A DNA stretch of 64,000 nucleotides from Mobula hypostoma (Eukaryota), in the NCBI RefSeq assembly GCF_963921235.1, contig NC_086097.1:12400001-12464000 (forward strand), in the 5' to 3' direction. Shown here one piece after another: positions 50,175 through 64,000 of the stretch. A model generated the notes under the pieces. It searched no databases and was not told where the DNA came from. It saw only the letters and a program-made list of their open reading frames with translations. Positions within the stretch are counted from its first letter, which is position 1. Every line of letters begins with the position of its first letter. The position numbers and the translations under genes were made by a program.

Positions 50175-51840
50175 TAGTTATAGTCATAGTCATACTTTAT
50201 TGATCCCGGGGGAAATTGGTTTTTGTTACAGTTGCACCATAAATAATAAATAGTAATAGAACCATAAGTAGTTAAATAGTAATATGTAACTTATGCCAGT
50301 AAATTATGAAATAAGTCCAGGACCAGCCTATTGGCTCAGGGTGTCTGACCCTCCAAGGGAGGAGTTGTAAAGTTTGATGGCCACAGGCAGGAATGACTTC
50401 CTATGACGCTCTGTGCTGCATCTCGGAGGAATGAGTCTCTGGCTGAATGTACTCCTGTGCCCAACCAGTACATTATGTAGTGGATGGGAGACATTGACCA
50501 AGATGGCATGCAACTTAGACAACATCCTCTTTTCAGACACCACCGTCAGAGAGTCCAGTTCCGTCCCCACAACATCACTGGCCTTATGAATGAGTTTGTT
50601 GATTCTGTTGGTGTCTGCTACCCTCAGCCTGCTGCCCCAGCACACAACAGCAAACATGATCGCACTGGCCACCACAGACTCGTAGAACATCCTCAGCATC
50701 GTCCGGCAGATGTTAAAGGACCTCAGTCTCCTCAGGAAATAGAGATGGCTCTGACCCTTCTTGTAGACAGCCTCAGTGTTCTTAGACCAGTCCAGTTTAT
50801 TGTCAATTCGTATCCCCTGGTATTTGTAATCCTCCACCATGTCCACACTGACCCCCTGGATGGAAACAGGGGTCACCGGTACCTTAGCTCTCCTCAGGTC
50901 TACCACCAGCTCCTTAGTCTTTTTCACATTAAGCAGCAGATAATTCTGCTCACACCATGTGACAAAAGTTTCCTACCATAGACCTGTACTCAACCTCATC
51001 TCCCCTGCTGATGCATCCAACTATGGCAGAGTCATCCGAAAACTTCTGAAGATGACAAGACTCTGTGCAGTAGTTGAAATCCGAGGTGTAAATGGTGAAG
51101 AGAAAGGGAGACAAGACAATCCCCTGTGGAGCCCCAGTGCTGCTGATCACTTTGTCGGACACACAGTGTTGCAAGCACACGTACCGTGGTCTGCCAGTCA
51201 GGTAATCAAGAATCCATGACACCAGGAAAGCATCCACCTGCATCGCTGTCAGCTTCTCCCCCAGCAGAGCAGGGCGGATGGTGTTGAACACACTGGAGAA
51301 GTCAAAAAATATGACCCTCACAGTGCTCGCTGGCTTGTCCGGTGGGCGTAGACACGGTTCAGCAGGTAGACGATGGCATCCTCAACTCCTAGTCGGGGCT
51401 GGTAGGAGAACTGGAAAGGATTTAAGTGTGGCCTGACCATAGGCCGGAGCAGCTCCAGAACAAGTCTCTCCAGGGTCTTCATGATGTGGGAGGTCAATGC
51501 CACCGGTCTGTAGTCATTGAGGCCGCTGGGGCGCGGCGTCTTCGGCACAGGGACGAGGCAGGACATCTTCCACAGTACAGGAACCCTCCGGAGCCTCAGG
51601 CTCATGTTGAATACATAGCGAAGTACTCCACATAGCTGAGGGGCACAGGCTTTGAGCACCCTGGTACTGACACCATCCGGTCCTGCAGCCCTGCTTGGGT
51701 TGAGACGTTTCAGCTGCCTTCTCACCTGTTCAGCTGTGAAGCCCACCGTGGTGGTTTCGTGTGGGGAAGGGATATAGTCATGAGAGCAGGGTGGGGAACT
51801 GTGAGGAGGGGTAGGAGGGGAGAGTGGAATATGTGCTGGT
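50175..51840 (-). mobile_element. Rex1/Babar LINE, 5'-truncated, relatively young RT
   Basis: AAGPDGV, LNDYRPVALTS, FFDFSSVFNTI, GAPQG.VLSPFLF, KFSDD, KTKELVVDLRR. Two frameshifts. (TATGAC)n tail. Confidence 0.92.
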
Positions 51841-52344
51841 ATCATGAAAAGCCTTCTTCACTTTAATATACTTGTTTAAAATGTCCAGTGATATAGTCTT
51901 TCTGGCCTAATTCTCCTCAAAGTTCATAGTAAATTTATTATCAAAGTATATACAGTTTACCATACACAATCACTGAGATGCATTTTCTTGCAGGCATTCT
52001 CAATATATCCATAATGGAAGAGTAATCAGAAAAGAATCAATAAAAGAGCACTAAACCAGACACTGTTCATTCTCCTTCCATCCGGTAGGAGATGCAGAAA
52101 CATCTTAGCCCAAGGCAGTAGGACAGAAAAACAGCTTCTTCCCGAGGACTGTTGTGCAGCTGAATAGTGCTATATCCTGGCTTGCCAATGGTCTTTCAGT
52201 ATTATGGACTATCAATTTCACATGTTGCATGTAAATATGTTTTTTTTCAGTTAACCTTGTATTGTAAGTACCTGCTTTGGATGGACTGGAGTAGCACCAC
52301 AATCTCGTTGTCTTGAGCAACGACAATAAAGTTCTGTTCTATTC

Positions 52345-53030
52345 TATTCTATTTGCAGATATTGGAAATGTGGATGAAAACACACAAAATGCTGAAGTAA
52401 CTCAACAAATCAGACAGCATCTATGGAGGGAAATTTGAACAGTTGACGTTTAGGGTTGAGAGTCCAATTAGGAATGGAAAGAAATCGAGCAGAAGGCAGA
52501 ATAAAAGGGTGGGGAAGAGAAGGATGAAGCACGAGCTGGCGAGTGATGGGTGATCCAGATGAGAGGGGGGGAGATTAGATTAGATTATGAGGACACGCAG
52601 TCCTCTTTTATTGTCATTTAGTAATGCACACATTAAGAAATGATACAATATTCCTCCGGTGTGATATCACAGAAACACAGGACAGACCAAGACTGAAAAA
52701 CTGACAAAAACCACATAATTTATAACATATAGTTACAACAGTGCAAGCAATACCGTAACTTGATGAAGAACAGGCCATGGGCACGGTAAAAAAAAGTTCA
52801 AAGTCTCTAGGTAGCTTGGGGATGGGGAAGTGAGGATGATTGGTGGCAGAGGCAAAGGATCAACAAGATGGAGTCTAATAGGAGAGGGTAGTTGGCCATG
52901 AAATAAAGGAAGGAGGTGGGGACAAAAAGGGAGGAGGGTGTGGATGATGGGCAGGTCGTGATGGTGAGGGACGTGAGGGGGTAATGAGGCCAGAGGAATA
53001 AGGGACAATAAAAATTTGGACACAGAATAG
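52345..53030 (-). mobile_element. Old Penelope pLTR interrupted by a (TAATC)n-tailed element (52572-52808)
   Basis: pLTR homology on both sides. The insert matches 29663-29890. Confidence 0.65.
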
Positions 53031-53479
53031 GAATGTGAGATTGTTTCCAGAGTAAGAAAAGTGAAACAATTTGATATTATCACAATGTTCCCAAAGCAAA
53101 ATGGCTTGAAGCTTAGAAAATAAATCCTAAAACTCTCATAGACTAAGCATTCTAAAAACTGGATAAATGATGGAGAAGGCAAGAGAAATGGGCATGGGAC
53201 CAATTGTTCCAGAGCTCCAGCACATAGGGGAGGACAAAACTGAGAATTACACACCGCGTGTTTAATAGCAGCCTTAGGGGAAGATCTTAGAAGCAATAAT
53301 ACAGGAGGAAATTAGCCACTGCTTGGACAAGTATGGACAAATAGAGCAGTTTGTGTTTAAGGGCAAATCGCGTTTGACTAATTTGATTGAATTTCTTGTG
53401 AAGTTAACAGAGAAAGCAGATGAGACCAGTGAAGTTGATCTTGCATAATTAAACGTCCAAAAGGCATTGATTATAGCAG

Positions 53480-53783
53480 GTCGTGCAGCACGGTAGCATT
53501 GTGGCTAGCATAACACTTTACAGTACAGGAGACCCAGTTTCAATTCCCGCCACTGCCTATAAGGGGATTATACGTTCTCTCTGTGACCATGCGGGTTTCC
53601 TTCGGGTGCTCTGGTTTCCTCCGCCAGTACAAAGACTTACCAGTTGGAAGGTTGATTGGTCATTGTAAACTGTCACGTGATTAGGCTAGGATTAAATCGG
53701 GGAATTGATGAATGACGTAGCTCAAAGGCTGAAAGGGCCTGTTCTGTGCAGTATCTTAATAAATAAATAAATAAATAAATAAA
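53480..53783 (+). mobile_element. Near full-length V-SINE (HE1-like)
   Basis: tRNA-like head with gtttcaattcc, V-domain, (AAAT)n tail. Confidence 0.8.
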
Positions 53784-53929
53784 TATTACACGGTAGCAAA
53801 ATTGAAATGTATAGGATAAAAGAGGCTGTAATAACATGGAATAATAAAATGACTAATGGATAAAGATGCAGTGAATAGGTGTTCTGTTTTATTTTTGATT
53901 GGCGGATGTGTACAAGGGTCCCACTAGAT

Positions 53930-54004
53930 CAGGGACTCCCAATACTCAAGACCCCTTGCTTAATGGTTTTGGCCCATGGCATTAAAAAAAGTTGGGAACT
54001 CCTG
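53930..54004. mobile_element. Tiny hAT-like MITE
   Basis: CAGGG..CCCAA / TTGGGAACTCCTG ends. Imperfect 8-bp TSD CACTAGAT/CAGTAGAA. Confidence 0.65.
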
Positions 54005-55129
54005 CAGTAGAAGGAGCAGATGGGCCAGTAAGGAGAAGACAATGGATAAGAGAGAAGCCAGGAGACAGAATGGAAAAAGAAGAGGGAGGTGGAGAAATTA
54101 CCGGAAGTTAGAGAAGTCGATGTTCATGCCATTATATTAGAGGCTATCCAGATGGAATATGAGGTGTTGCTTCTGCAGCCTGAATGAGGCCTCTTCACGA
54201 GGACCATTGCTGTTTTGCATGAAAATTCCAGTTGATTTAGAGCTTGGAAATTTATTAATAAACGTCATGAAGATCTACACAAGGTGATGAAAGGATGATG
54301 CGTGGTTGATAAAATTCAGTCAGAAAGATTTGAAATGACACTTTGTGGTGAAGGAGGAAATATTAGATATAAAATGGAATAGGTTTGATTGTGGGAGAGA
54401 ACAGTGCAGTCAGAGAATATTTCCTCAACACGTTAACAATAAAGATAATAAAAGATTTGGTTCCTGGGACTTCATAAATAAAAACAAAGGATACAAAAAT
54501 GTTATTCTAAACCTATATAACATATTAGTTCTGCTCCATCTAAGGTATTATGTCCAATTAAAGAGAAATTGGAAGGCTCTGGAGAAGGTGCTGAAGAGAT
54601 GCATTGGATAGCTTCCAAAACTGAGAGATTACAGTTACATAGACAGGTTGGAGAAGGTAAAGCCAGGGAACCCAGAAGGATGTTTGAAAGAGGGCTTTAA
54701 AATGTATAAGGCATATAAGGCATTTAGATAGAGTAAATGAAGGTAAGATGTCCCTCATGTCCAAAGTAATACTAATGAGAGGACACAGGTCTAAGATGAT
54801 TGAATCAGAAATGACAGGAGGAATTTATGCTTAAATTAGGAATGCACTGCTTGCGCGATGAGGGATGCAGACCTGAAAATGTTGTTCAAAGGGGAACTGT
54901 GTAAATACGTCAAGGAGAAATAATTGCAAAGATATGAACAAGCAAAGGACAAAGACAGACAAGGTTGCCTTTTGAAAGAGGTGGTGAAGACTTGTTGGAC
55001 CCTGTGGTGTTTTGTGTTACAATTCTCTATGATTTGATGATAGTTCAGGAGCTCTCCACGTTCTGTGTGATTCCAATATTCCATGTAATTTCCACTTAAC
55101 CACACTTACAGTAACTCTGGAATCATAAA

Positions 55130-55730
55130 AAAAAAGAAAATGCTGGAGGAACTCAGCAAGTTAGGTAGCATTTGTAGAAAAAAAACTGTTGTATTAATAG
55201 CAACACACAAAATGCTGGAGGAACTTAGCAGATCAGGCAGCATCTATGGAAAGGAATAAGCAATCCATGCTTTGGGCAGAGAAGTTTTATCAGGACTGGA
55301 AAGGAAGAAGGAAGAAGTCAGAATAAGAATGTAGGGGGAGGGGAAGGAGTACAAACTGGTGGGTGTTGGGTGAAACCAAGTGAGGGGAAAGGTGGGTAGG
55401 TGGGGGATGGAGGATGAAGTAAGAAGCTGAGAGGTGTAAGTGGAAGAGATAAAGGGTTGAAGAAGAAGGAATCTGATAGGAGAGGTCAGTGAACAATGGG
55501 AGAAAGAGGAGGAGTGTTACTAGAGCAGGGTTTCCCAATATGGGGTCCATGGACCCATTGTTTAATGGCATTGGTCCATAGCATTAAAAAAGGTTGAGAA
55601 ACCCTGTACTGGAGAGAGAAGACGGGCAAGTGAGGAGAAGACAATGAGTAAGATGGAAGCCAGAATATGGAATAGAATAAGAAAGAAGAGCGAGGAGGAG
55701 AAATTACTGGAAGTTAGAGAAATCATGCAG
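55130..55730 (-). mobile_element. Old Penelope pLTR, partial tandem
   Basis: Two aaatgctgg.ggaact.agca..t.agg.agcat units and a purine-rich body. Confidence 0.7.
55526..55606. mobile_element. Tiny hAT-like MITE (81 bp)
   Basis: TIR CAGGGTTTCCCAA / TTGAGAAACCCTG. 8-bp TSD TACTAGAG/TACTGGAG. Confidence 0.8.
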
Positions 55731-55854
55731 GCCATGGATCGATCTGTCAGAATAGGAATTGGAAGTCAAATTGAAATTGAAATTCTTGATTGGACAAGGT
55801 GTCAAAGGTTACAGGGAGAAGGCCAGGAAATGGGGTTGAGGAGGAGGAAAAAAA

Positions 55855-57682
55855 AGCCTCAGAATCACATCCTTGCTCTTGTATTCTAGACCTCTTGAAA
55901 TGAATGTTAACATTGCATTTGCCTTCCTCACCACCGACTCAACCTGCAAGTTAGCATCCAGGGTGTTCTGCACAAGGACTCCCAAGTCCCTCTGAATCTC
56001 AGATTCCTGGATTTTCTTCCCATTAAGAAAATAGTCCGCACATTTATTTCTACTACCAAAGTGCATGACCATGCATTTTCCAACATTGTATTTAATTTTC
56101 CAATTTCTTGCCCATTCTCTTAATCTGTCTAAGTCCTTCTGCATCCTACCTGTTTCCTTAACACTACCTGCCCTTCCACCAACCTTTGTATCATCTGCAA
56201 ACTTGGCAACAAAGCGATCTATTCCATCAGCTAAATCATTTATGTACAGCATAAAAACAACATATACAGTATATACAAAACCGACCCCTGCAGAATACCA
56301 CTAGTCACTGGCAGCCAACCAGAAGAGGATCCTTTTATTCCTAACTCACTGCCTCCTACCAATCAGCCAATGCTCTAACCATGTTAGTAACTTTCCTGTA
56401 ATACTATGGGCTCTTAACTTGGTAAGCTGCCTCATGTATGACAGTTTGTCAAAGGCCTTCTGAAAGTTCAATACACAACATCCACTGCATCCCCTTTATC
56501 TAACCTACTTGTAATCTTCTCAAAGAATTCCAACAAGTTCATCAGGCAGGATTTTTCCTGAAGAAAACCATGCTAACTTTGTACTATCTTGTCCTGTACT
56601 CCAGTACTCCATCACCTCATGCTTAACAGTTGACTCTAACATCTTCCCAATCACTGAGGTTAGGCTAACTGGTCTATAATTTCCTTTCTGTTATCTTCCT
56701 CATTTCTTAAAGAGTGGAGTAACATTTGCAGTTTTCCAGTCCTCTGGCACCCCATACCAGAGTCCAATGATTTTTGGAAGATCATTTCTAATGCCACCAC
56801 AATCTCTAACACTACCTCTTTCAGAACCCTGGGGTGCAGCCCATCTGATTTGGGTGCCTTATGTACCTTTAGGTCTTTCAACTTTTTGAGCACCTTCTCT
56901 CTTGTAATAACAACTGTACCCTCTTCTCTTCCTTCACGCACTACAAAAGCAGGCATACTGCTAGTGTCTTCCACAGTGAAGACTGATGCAAAGTACTCAC
57001 TTAGTTCATCAGCCATCTCCTTGACCCCCATTGTTATTTCTCTTGCCTCATTTTCTAGTGGTCCTATATCCACTCTCATTTCTCTTTTATTTTTAACATA
57101 CTTGAAAAAACTTTACTATCGACTTTGATATTATTTGCTCTCCGTAGGTTTTTAAAACTTCCCACTCCTCTATCTTGCCACTAATTTTTGCTTTGTTGTA
57201 TGCCCTTTCTTTTGATTTTACAATAGCTTTGACTTTCCTTGTCAGCCATGGTTCTACTATTTTACCATTTGAGTATTTCTTCATTTTTGGAATATGTACT
57301 GTATGTCCTGCACCTTCTTCATTTTTCCCAGAAGTGCACGCCATTGCTGCTCAGCTGACGTCCCCGCCAGTAACTCCTTCCAATTTACTTTGGCCAACTC
57401 CTCTCTTGTACCTCTGTAATTTCACTTACTCCACTGAAATACTGTTACATCAGACTTTACTTTCTCCCTATCAAATTTCAAGTGGAACTCAATCATATTG
57501 TGATCACTGGTTCCTAAGGATTCTTTTATTTTAAGCTCCCTAATCACCTCTGGTTCATTACAACACCCAATCCAGTATAGCTGATCCCCTAGTAGGCTCA
57601 ACAACAAACTGCTGTGAAAAGCCATCTCATAGGCATTCAACAAACTCATTCTCTTGAGATCCATTACCAACCTGATTTTCCC
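55855..57682 (-). mobile_element. CR1 ORF2 fragment
   Basis: LGTSDHNMIEF, EYFASVFT, DGLHPRVLKE, KFADDTKVGG. Confidence 0.9.
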
Positions 57683-57704
57683 ATATATACTGTATAATAT
57701 GTAA

Positions 57705-59510
57705 GTATTCGAATAGACAGGGACTGACTGGGGATAGTCAACATGATTTTATTCATGAAGGTCATGCCCAACTAAATTTATAGTTTTTCAAAGAAATTAC
57801 CAGGAAAGTTGATAAAGGAAAGGAAGTGGATCTTGTCTATATGGACTTCAGCAAAGCCTTTTGACAGCGTCCCGCATGGGAGGTTGGTCAGGAAGGGTTC
57901 AGTCATTTGGCATTCAGGATGAGGTAGTAAATTCAATTCGACACTAGCTTTGTGGAAGAAGCCAGAGAGTGGCAGTAGTTGGTTGTCACTCTGAATGGAA
58001 GCCCATGACTAGCGGTGTGCCACAGAGATTGGTGCCGAGTCTGTTGTTGTTTGTCATCTATGTCGAAAATCTTGATGATAATGTGATAAACTGGATTAGC
58101 AAATCTTACAGATGACACCGAGACTGGGGGTGCAGCAGACAGGGGAGGAAGTCTATGAAAGCTTGCAGTGGTTTTATACCAGATGGAAAAATGGGCGGAA
58201 AAATCACAGACAGAATTTAATGCCGACAAGTGAGAGGTGTTGCGTTTTGGGAGGCCAAACCAAGGTAGGACTTGCGTGGTGAGCGGCAGGACACTGGAGA
58301 GTGCAGCAGAGCAGTGAGATCTGGCAAGAAAGAACCACAGTTCTTTGAAAATGGCATCACAGGTAGATAGAGTTGTAAAGAGAATTCTTGGCACATTTGC
58401 TTTCATAACTCAAAGTACTGAATACAGAAGTTGGGATGTAATGTTGAAGTTGTATAAGACATTGTTGCAGCCTAATTTGGAATATGATGTCCAATTCTGC
58501 TCACCTACCTACAGGAAAGATATTGATAAGATTGAAGGAGTCCAGAGAAAATTAACAAGGATGTTCAAACTTCCCAAACTTCTCAAACTTCCGCTAATGT
58601 CCCACCTCCCCCTTGTACCCCATCCGTTACTTATTTATTTATACACATACATTATTTTTCTCTCTCTCCTTTTTCTCCCTCTGTCCCTCTCACTATGCCC
58701 CTTGCACATCATCTGGGCTTCCCCCCTTCCCCTTCCTTTCTCCTTAGGCCTCCTGTCCCATGATCCTCTCATATCCCTTTTGCCAATCAACTGTCCAGCT
58801 CCTGGCTCCATCCCTCCCCCTCCTGTCTTCTATCATTTCGGATCTCCCCCTCCCCCTCCCACTTTCAAATCTCTTGCTAGCTCTTCTTTCAGTGAGTCCT
58901 GACGAAGGGTCTTGGCCCGAAACGTGGACGGTGCCTCTTCCTAGAGATGCTGCCTAGCCTGCTGTGTTCACCAGCAACTTTTATGTGTGTTGCTTGAAAT
59001 TCCAGCATCTGAAGATTTCCTCGTGTTTGTGTTAGCAAGGATGTTGCCAGGACTTGAGGACCTGGGTCACAGGGAAAGATTAAATAGTTAAGGACTTTAT
59101 TCCCTAGAGCATAGGAGGATGAGGGGAGCTTTGAAAGGCGTATACAAAATTATGAGGGGCATAGAAAGGGTGAATACAAGCAGGCTTTTTCCACAGAGAT
59201 TGGGTGAGACTAGAATTAGAGGTCATGAGTTAAGGGTGAAAAGTGAAATGTTTAGGGGGAACCTGGGAGAGAACTTCTTCATTCAGAGGGTGGTGAGTGT
59301 GTGGAATGAGCTCCCAGCAGAGGTGGTAGATGTTGATTCAATTTCAACATTTAAGAGAAATTTGGATAGATACACGGGTGGGAGGGCTATGGTCTGGGTG
59401 CAGGTCGATGGGAGCATGCAGATTAATAGTTCGGCACAGACTAAATGGGTCAAAGGGCTTGTGTCTGTGCTGTAGTGTTCTATGATTCTATTTCTCCATG
59501 ACTCTATTCA
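57705..59510 (+). mobile_element. CR1 RT/3' fragment split by a Penelope pLTR
   Basis: YMDFSKAF, QPNLEYDVQF, FFIQRVVSVWNELP. (TTCTATG)-like tail. Confidence 0.85.
58566..59031 (+). mobile_element. Solo Penelope pLTR
   Basis: TSD TTAACAAGGATGTT / TTAGCAAGGATGTT (58552-65, 59032-45). Matches 34110-34554. Confidence 0.88.
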
Positions 59511-60719
59511 GGTGAGGGAATCATCGATGGTACTGGAATGGATACCCTGTTCTTTAGCAAAGTAGGACATCTCAGACTTGAAGACAGTCTACAATTCTTG
59601 ATGCCTACGGTGCAGTCATAACATCATTAAAGACCGATCCCATCCCAGACACTGTCTGTTCAATCTCCCGCCATCTGGTAGAAGATACAGAAACATCTTA
59701 GCCAAGACAGTAAGTCTGAAAAACAGTTTATTCCCAAGGGCTGTTGTGCAGCTGAATACTACTACGTACCAGTTTGACAATGGCCTTTGAGTGTAACGGA
59801 CTACGAAAGTCACTCACTGAGTGTAAATATGGGACTTTAAAAAAAAATTAAGCCATGCCGCATGTATTGTCAATATCTGTTTTACACGGACTGGAGTAGC
59901 ATCGCAATGTCATTGTCTTTAGCACAGATAATAATGTTCGATTCTATCACAGATGTTCTGGAATGGAAAGCCTCATCCTGAGGACAGATGCAGTGGAGAT
60001 GGAGGAACTGAGGAAAGGGAATAGCATTTTTACAAGTGACAGGATGGGGAGAGATATAATCATGATAACTGTGAGAGTCAGTTGGTTATATCAACCTATG
60101 GAATCACTTTGGCTGGAGATAAGAAATAATGAAGTTGAGAATTTGCTGAAGGGCATAATATATAGACAACATAAGACCTGCTGTAATTCAGGAAGAGAAA
60201 AAAATTTAAAAGGGCTAAATGTAAAGTGTTTCTCTTTCCACAGATGTTGCATGACTTGCTAAGTCTTTCTCGCATTTTCAATTGAAGGACTGCAGATCTG
60301 AAATGTTATCTGCTTCTTTTACCACAGATGCTGCCTGTCCCACTGAGTATTTCCAGCATTTTTCAATTATGTTGCAGAATTGTGTGTTCTGCTTTATTTT
60401 TATTTTCTTTTATTCTGAAAGTTATATGAAAGTGGAAAAATAGAAGGCAGTTATAAGGGAAGGTGAACATAAAATAGCAGCATCTAACCACACTGTCAAC
60501 CACTGGAGGGCTACAAAATGTCACAGGTGCTACTCAGCTCATCTTTATAGAATCATAGAGCCATACAACTGAGAAACAAGTCCTCTGTCTGTCTTATTAC
60601 TGCCAGCCAGTACGCTTATTTATACTGACATTTAGTTCATAGCCTTCTACATCTTGGTAATCCATCGGTTGTAAATGGATAATAAGGAAGGGGAACATTA
60701 TTTGTAGCAAGTGATATAC

Positions 60720-61960
60720 AAGCATGTCAGCAACTTTAAATTCCTCATTGTTATTACTTCAGAGGACTTGTCCTGGGCACATAAGTGCCATTATGAAGAA
60801 AGCACAGCAGCACCTCTACTTCCTTAGGAGTTTGCATAGATTTGGCATGCCATCTAAAACTTTGACAAGCTTGTTCAGATGTGTTGTGGAGAATATATTG
60901 ACTGGCTGCATCACAGCCTGGTATGGAAACATCAATGCCCTTGAATGGAAAATCCTACAAAACGTAATGTATACAGCCCAGTACACCATGGGTAAAGCCC
61001 TCCCCAAAACTGAACACTTCTATACCAAGTGTGTTGAACAACATTGAACACATCTATGCCAAGTGGAAGCGAGGCGAGCGGGCAGGAGTCCGTGCCAGGA
61101 AAAAAGCAAGCCCTGGCCGGCTGGCTCTCCCGTCCATTCTGCTCGCCAATGGACATTAAATTGGACTACATCCGATTCCAACCAAATACTTGGCGGGAAT
61201 TACAACTGCTTATTTACGTAACAGTTTTTCCCTCAAGCCATCGGACTACCAACCTACTGCCCTCCGCTGTGCCTATTGTCTTGTTTATTATTTATTGTAA
61301 TGCCTGTACTGTTCTGTGTACTTTATACAGTCCTGGGTAGGTCTGTAGTCCAGTGTAGTTTTTGTATTGTTTCATGCAGAACCATGGTCCTGAAAAATGT
61401 TGTCTTGTTTTTACTGTGTACTGTATCAGCAGTTATGGTCGAAATGACAATAAAAGGTGACTTGATTTGACTTGACTTGCAGGAAAGCCACAACCATCAT
61501 CAGGGACCCCCACCACCCACATCATGCTCTTTTCTCTTTGCTGCCGTAAGGAAGAAGGCACAGGAACCTCAGGACTCACATGACTAGGTTCAGTAACTTT
61601 TATTTCCCCTCAACCATCACCAAGCTCTTGAACCAGAGGGGTTATCTTTACTCAACTTTACTTGCCCCTTCATTGAAATGTTCCTAGAACCTGAGGACTC
61701 ATTTTCAAGGACACATCAACTCATGTTCTTGATATTTATTGCTTATTTATTCATTGCTATTGTTTGTTTCTTTTTGTATCTGCACAGTTTGCTGTTTTTT
61801 GCACTCTGGTTGTACGCTCAAGTTGTTTGGTATGGTCTTTCATTGATTCTATTATTGTTATTATTCTATTATGGATTTATTGTGCATTCCCCCAAGAAAA
61901 TAAATCTTAATGTATAAGGTGACATATTGGTACTTTGGTAAGAAACTTACTTGCAACTAA
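60720..61960 (+). mobile_element. Rex1-like fragment with a nested bipartite Rex derivative (~61040-61478)
   Basis: KKAQQHLYFLRSL, ENILTGCITAWYG. Insert encodes KRGERAGVRAR...LPSILLAN and ends in (ACTTG)n. Confidence 0.7.
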
Positions 61961-61964
61961 ATTT

Positions 61965-62582
61965 TTATAGGGATGTAATATTGAGGCATTACATGTACCT
62001 GTATACATGTAAGACATTGGTCAGTCTGCATCTGCAGTATTTTGAGCAGTTTTGGGCCCTTTATCTAAGAAAAGATATGCTGGCATTGGAGAGGATCTGG
62101 AAGTAGCCCGTGCAAATGATTCCAAGAATGAAAGAGTTAATGTATGAGAAGTATTTGATAGCTTTGAGCCTGTACTCACTGAGGCTTAGAAGAATGAGGG
62201 AAAATCTCATTGAAACCTTTTGAATATTGAAAGGCCTAGATAGAGCGGATGTAGGGAGGATGTTTCCTGTAGTGGGAGATCCCAGGACCGGAAGGCACAG
62301 CCTCAGAATGGAACAACACCCATTTAGAACAGAGATGAGGAGGAATTTTTTTAGCCAGGGCATAGTGATTCTGTGGAATTCATTGCCACAGACAGCTGTG
62401 GAGCCCAACTCATTAAGGTATATTTAAAGCCAAGGTTGAGACGTACTTGAGAAAGTGAAAGGTTATGGGAAGAAGGCAGGAGAATGGAGTTGAGAGGAAT
62501 AGCAAATCAACCATGATAGAATGGTGGAGCAGACTTGATGGACCGAATGGCTTAATTCTGCTCCGATGTCTTATGGACTTAG
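61965..62582 (+). mobile_element. CR1 3' fragment
   Basis: FRTEMRRNFFSQ..VILWNSLP plus the 3' UTR. Confidence 0.85.
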
Positions 62583-63694
62583 AGTCGTCGTGTAAAATAA
62601 CTGTAGAGGTTTCAATGATAACGTGGTGTCAAAGGTTAGAATATGAAGCTCATAGTCTCACATAAGTGCCATGTAAGGTGATACCACAGACCCTGTTCTT
62701 CGTGGAGTGTAAGAATTTATGCTCAAAAAGCTGGTTCAGTGATCACAAGTTTAACACTGCCCATGCAGTTAAATCGGAATCAGAATCAGGTTTAATATCA
62801 CTGGCATACCGTATGTCATAAAATGTGTTGTTTTGTGACACCAATACAGTGCAATACATAATATTAAAAATAAATTACAATAAGAAATATATATGCAATA
62901 TGAAATTAAATTAAATCAGAAGTGCAAAAAGAGAGCAAAAAATATAATGAGGTAGTGTGCATGTGTTCATTGTCCATTCAGAAATCTGATGGTGGAGGGG
63001 AAGAAGCTGTTCCTGAAACATTAAGTGTGTGCCTTCAAGCTCCTGTATCTCCTCCTTGATGCTGTTAAATGGCTGGTAGCAAAAAAATTAATCTTAAAGG
63101 GTCAGTATTTTCTGTTCTCTGTTAGAGGTTATGAGTGTATTATCTATAGTCTTTAACACTAATAATTGTTCACGGTCCTTTCAGCAAACAGAAGCAACAT
63201 TTGTGCAATCTGAAGCTCAGTTGTCCCTGCTTTATAAATTAAACATACTTCAGCTACCTGCAGAAATGAATGCATCAGTATCTTTAGAGACACTGTGACA
63301 TGATATCAATATTTAAAACCATCTTCTGCTTGTATTCTGGGTTGTCTGACTTCATTAACAACATTCATCATCAAACAAGAGGGAAGTATATTGTTTTCCC
63401 CTCACTGACTTAATAGCAGCACTCATTTAGACTGCGCAGTTCCAGACAACTTGTCTGGAATTTGACATTTCGGGAAGACAGGGCAGAAAGAGAAAAAGGA
63501 GGTGTGGTAGATTTGTTGATAAAGGGCAAGATCACTGAAGTTGTGAGGCACAAAAAACTGAGACGTTTCGATGGGGTAAGAAATAGTAAAGATGAGAAGT
63601 CCCTAGATAGCCCCAGAGACAGATGTATTGCAGGGCAGAGAAACGTCATAAAAAAAATAGAGGAAAAAAGAGAGAAAAAAAATTGTCTGGTACC

Positions 63695-64000
63695 TTCAAA
63701 CCTGATGGCATAAATATCAATTGTTTTCTTCCCGTAAACAAACATCCCCACCTTCCTTTTTTCTCCACTCTGACCTTCAACTCTTTCTCACCTGCTTTTT
63801 ACTTCCCCCTGGGTGCCCTCCCCTTTCCTTTTCTCCCATGGCCCTCTCTCCTTTCTTATTGCTTAGCCTTCTTCTCCAGCTCTTGACCTTTCCCGCCCAC
63901 CTGGCTTCACCTATCACCTTCCAGCTATCCTTCCCCCCCCCTTCCCCTATCATTTTATCCTGGCATCTCCCCCCCCCCCTTCCTTCTCAGCCCTGAAGAA
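63695..64000 (+). mobile_element. Penelope pLTR, cut by the window end
   Basis: aacctgatggcat, a pyrimidine-rich body, and an end at the start of the hammerhead core (ctgaagaa). Confidence 0.7.

Noticed and set aside
58345..58902. Long ORFs (also 33418-34122, 52733-53296, 425-796) as host genes
   Set aside because: They are chimeric or antisense read-throughs of CR1 and Penelope pieces or low-complexity pLTR sequence.
63414..63460. miR-15/16-like TAGCAGCAC start and the ttccagacaa/ttgtctggaa palindrome
   Set aside because: No pre-miRNA hairpin includes the seed, and the region appears to be a decayed CR1 endonuclease fragment.

Overview
Eukaryotic, repeat-saturated vertebrate DNA, most likely from a cartilaginous fish (shark or ray). 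This is inferred from abundant CR1/HER1-like LINEs, HE1-like V-SINEs, Penelope elements and Rex1/Babar LINEs. No host protein-coding gene is recognisable, and every interpretable ORF is a broken transposon ORF or a tandem-repeat artefact. The window holds CR1, L1, Rex1/Babar, HERO and RTE-derived retroelements, Penelope elements, two full-length dead Tc1 transposons, a Chapaev-like transposase fragment, tiny hAT MITEs, three solo LTRs and a 24-bp minisatellite, often nested with readable target-site duplications (TSDs). The most interesting signals are RNA-structural: minimal hammerhead ribozymes in Penelope pseudo-LTRs, fold-back pLTR elements that switch strand at the ribozyme, and three ~410-425-bp RTE-derived elements whose 5' ends coincide with the first helix of an HDV-like pseudoknot. 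A few repeat-free islands look like conserved enhancers. All family assignments come from motif recognition by eye, not database searches.
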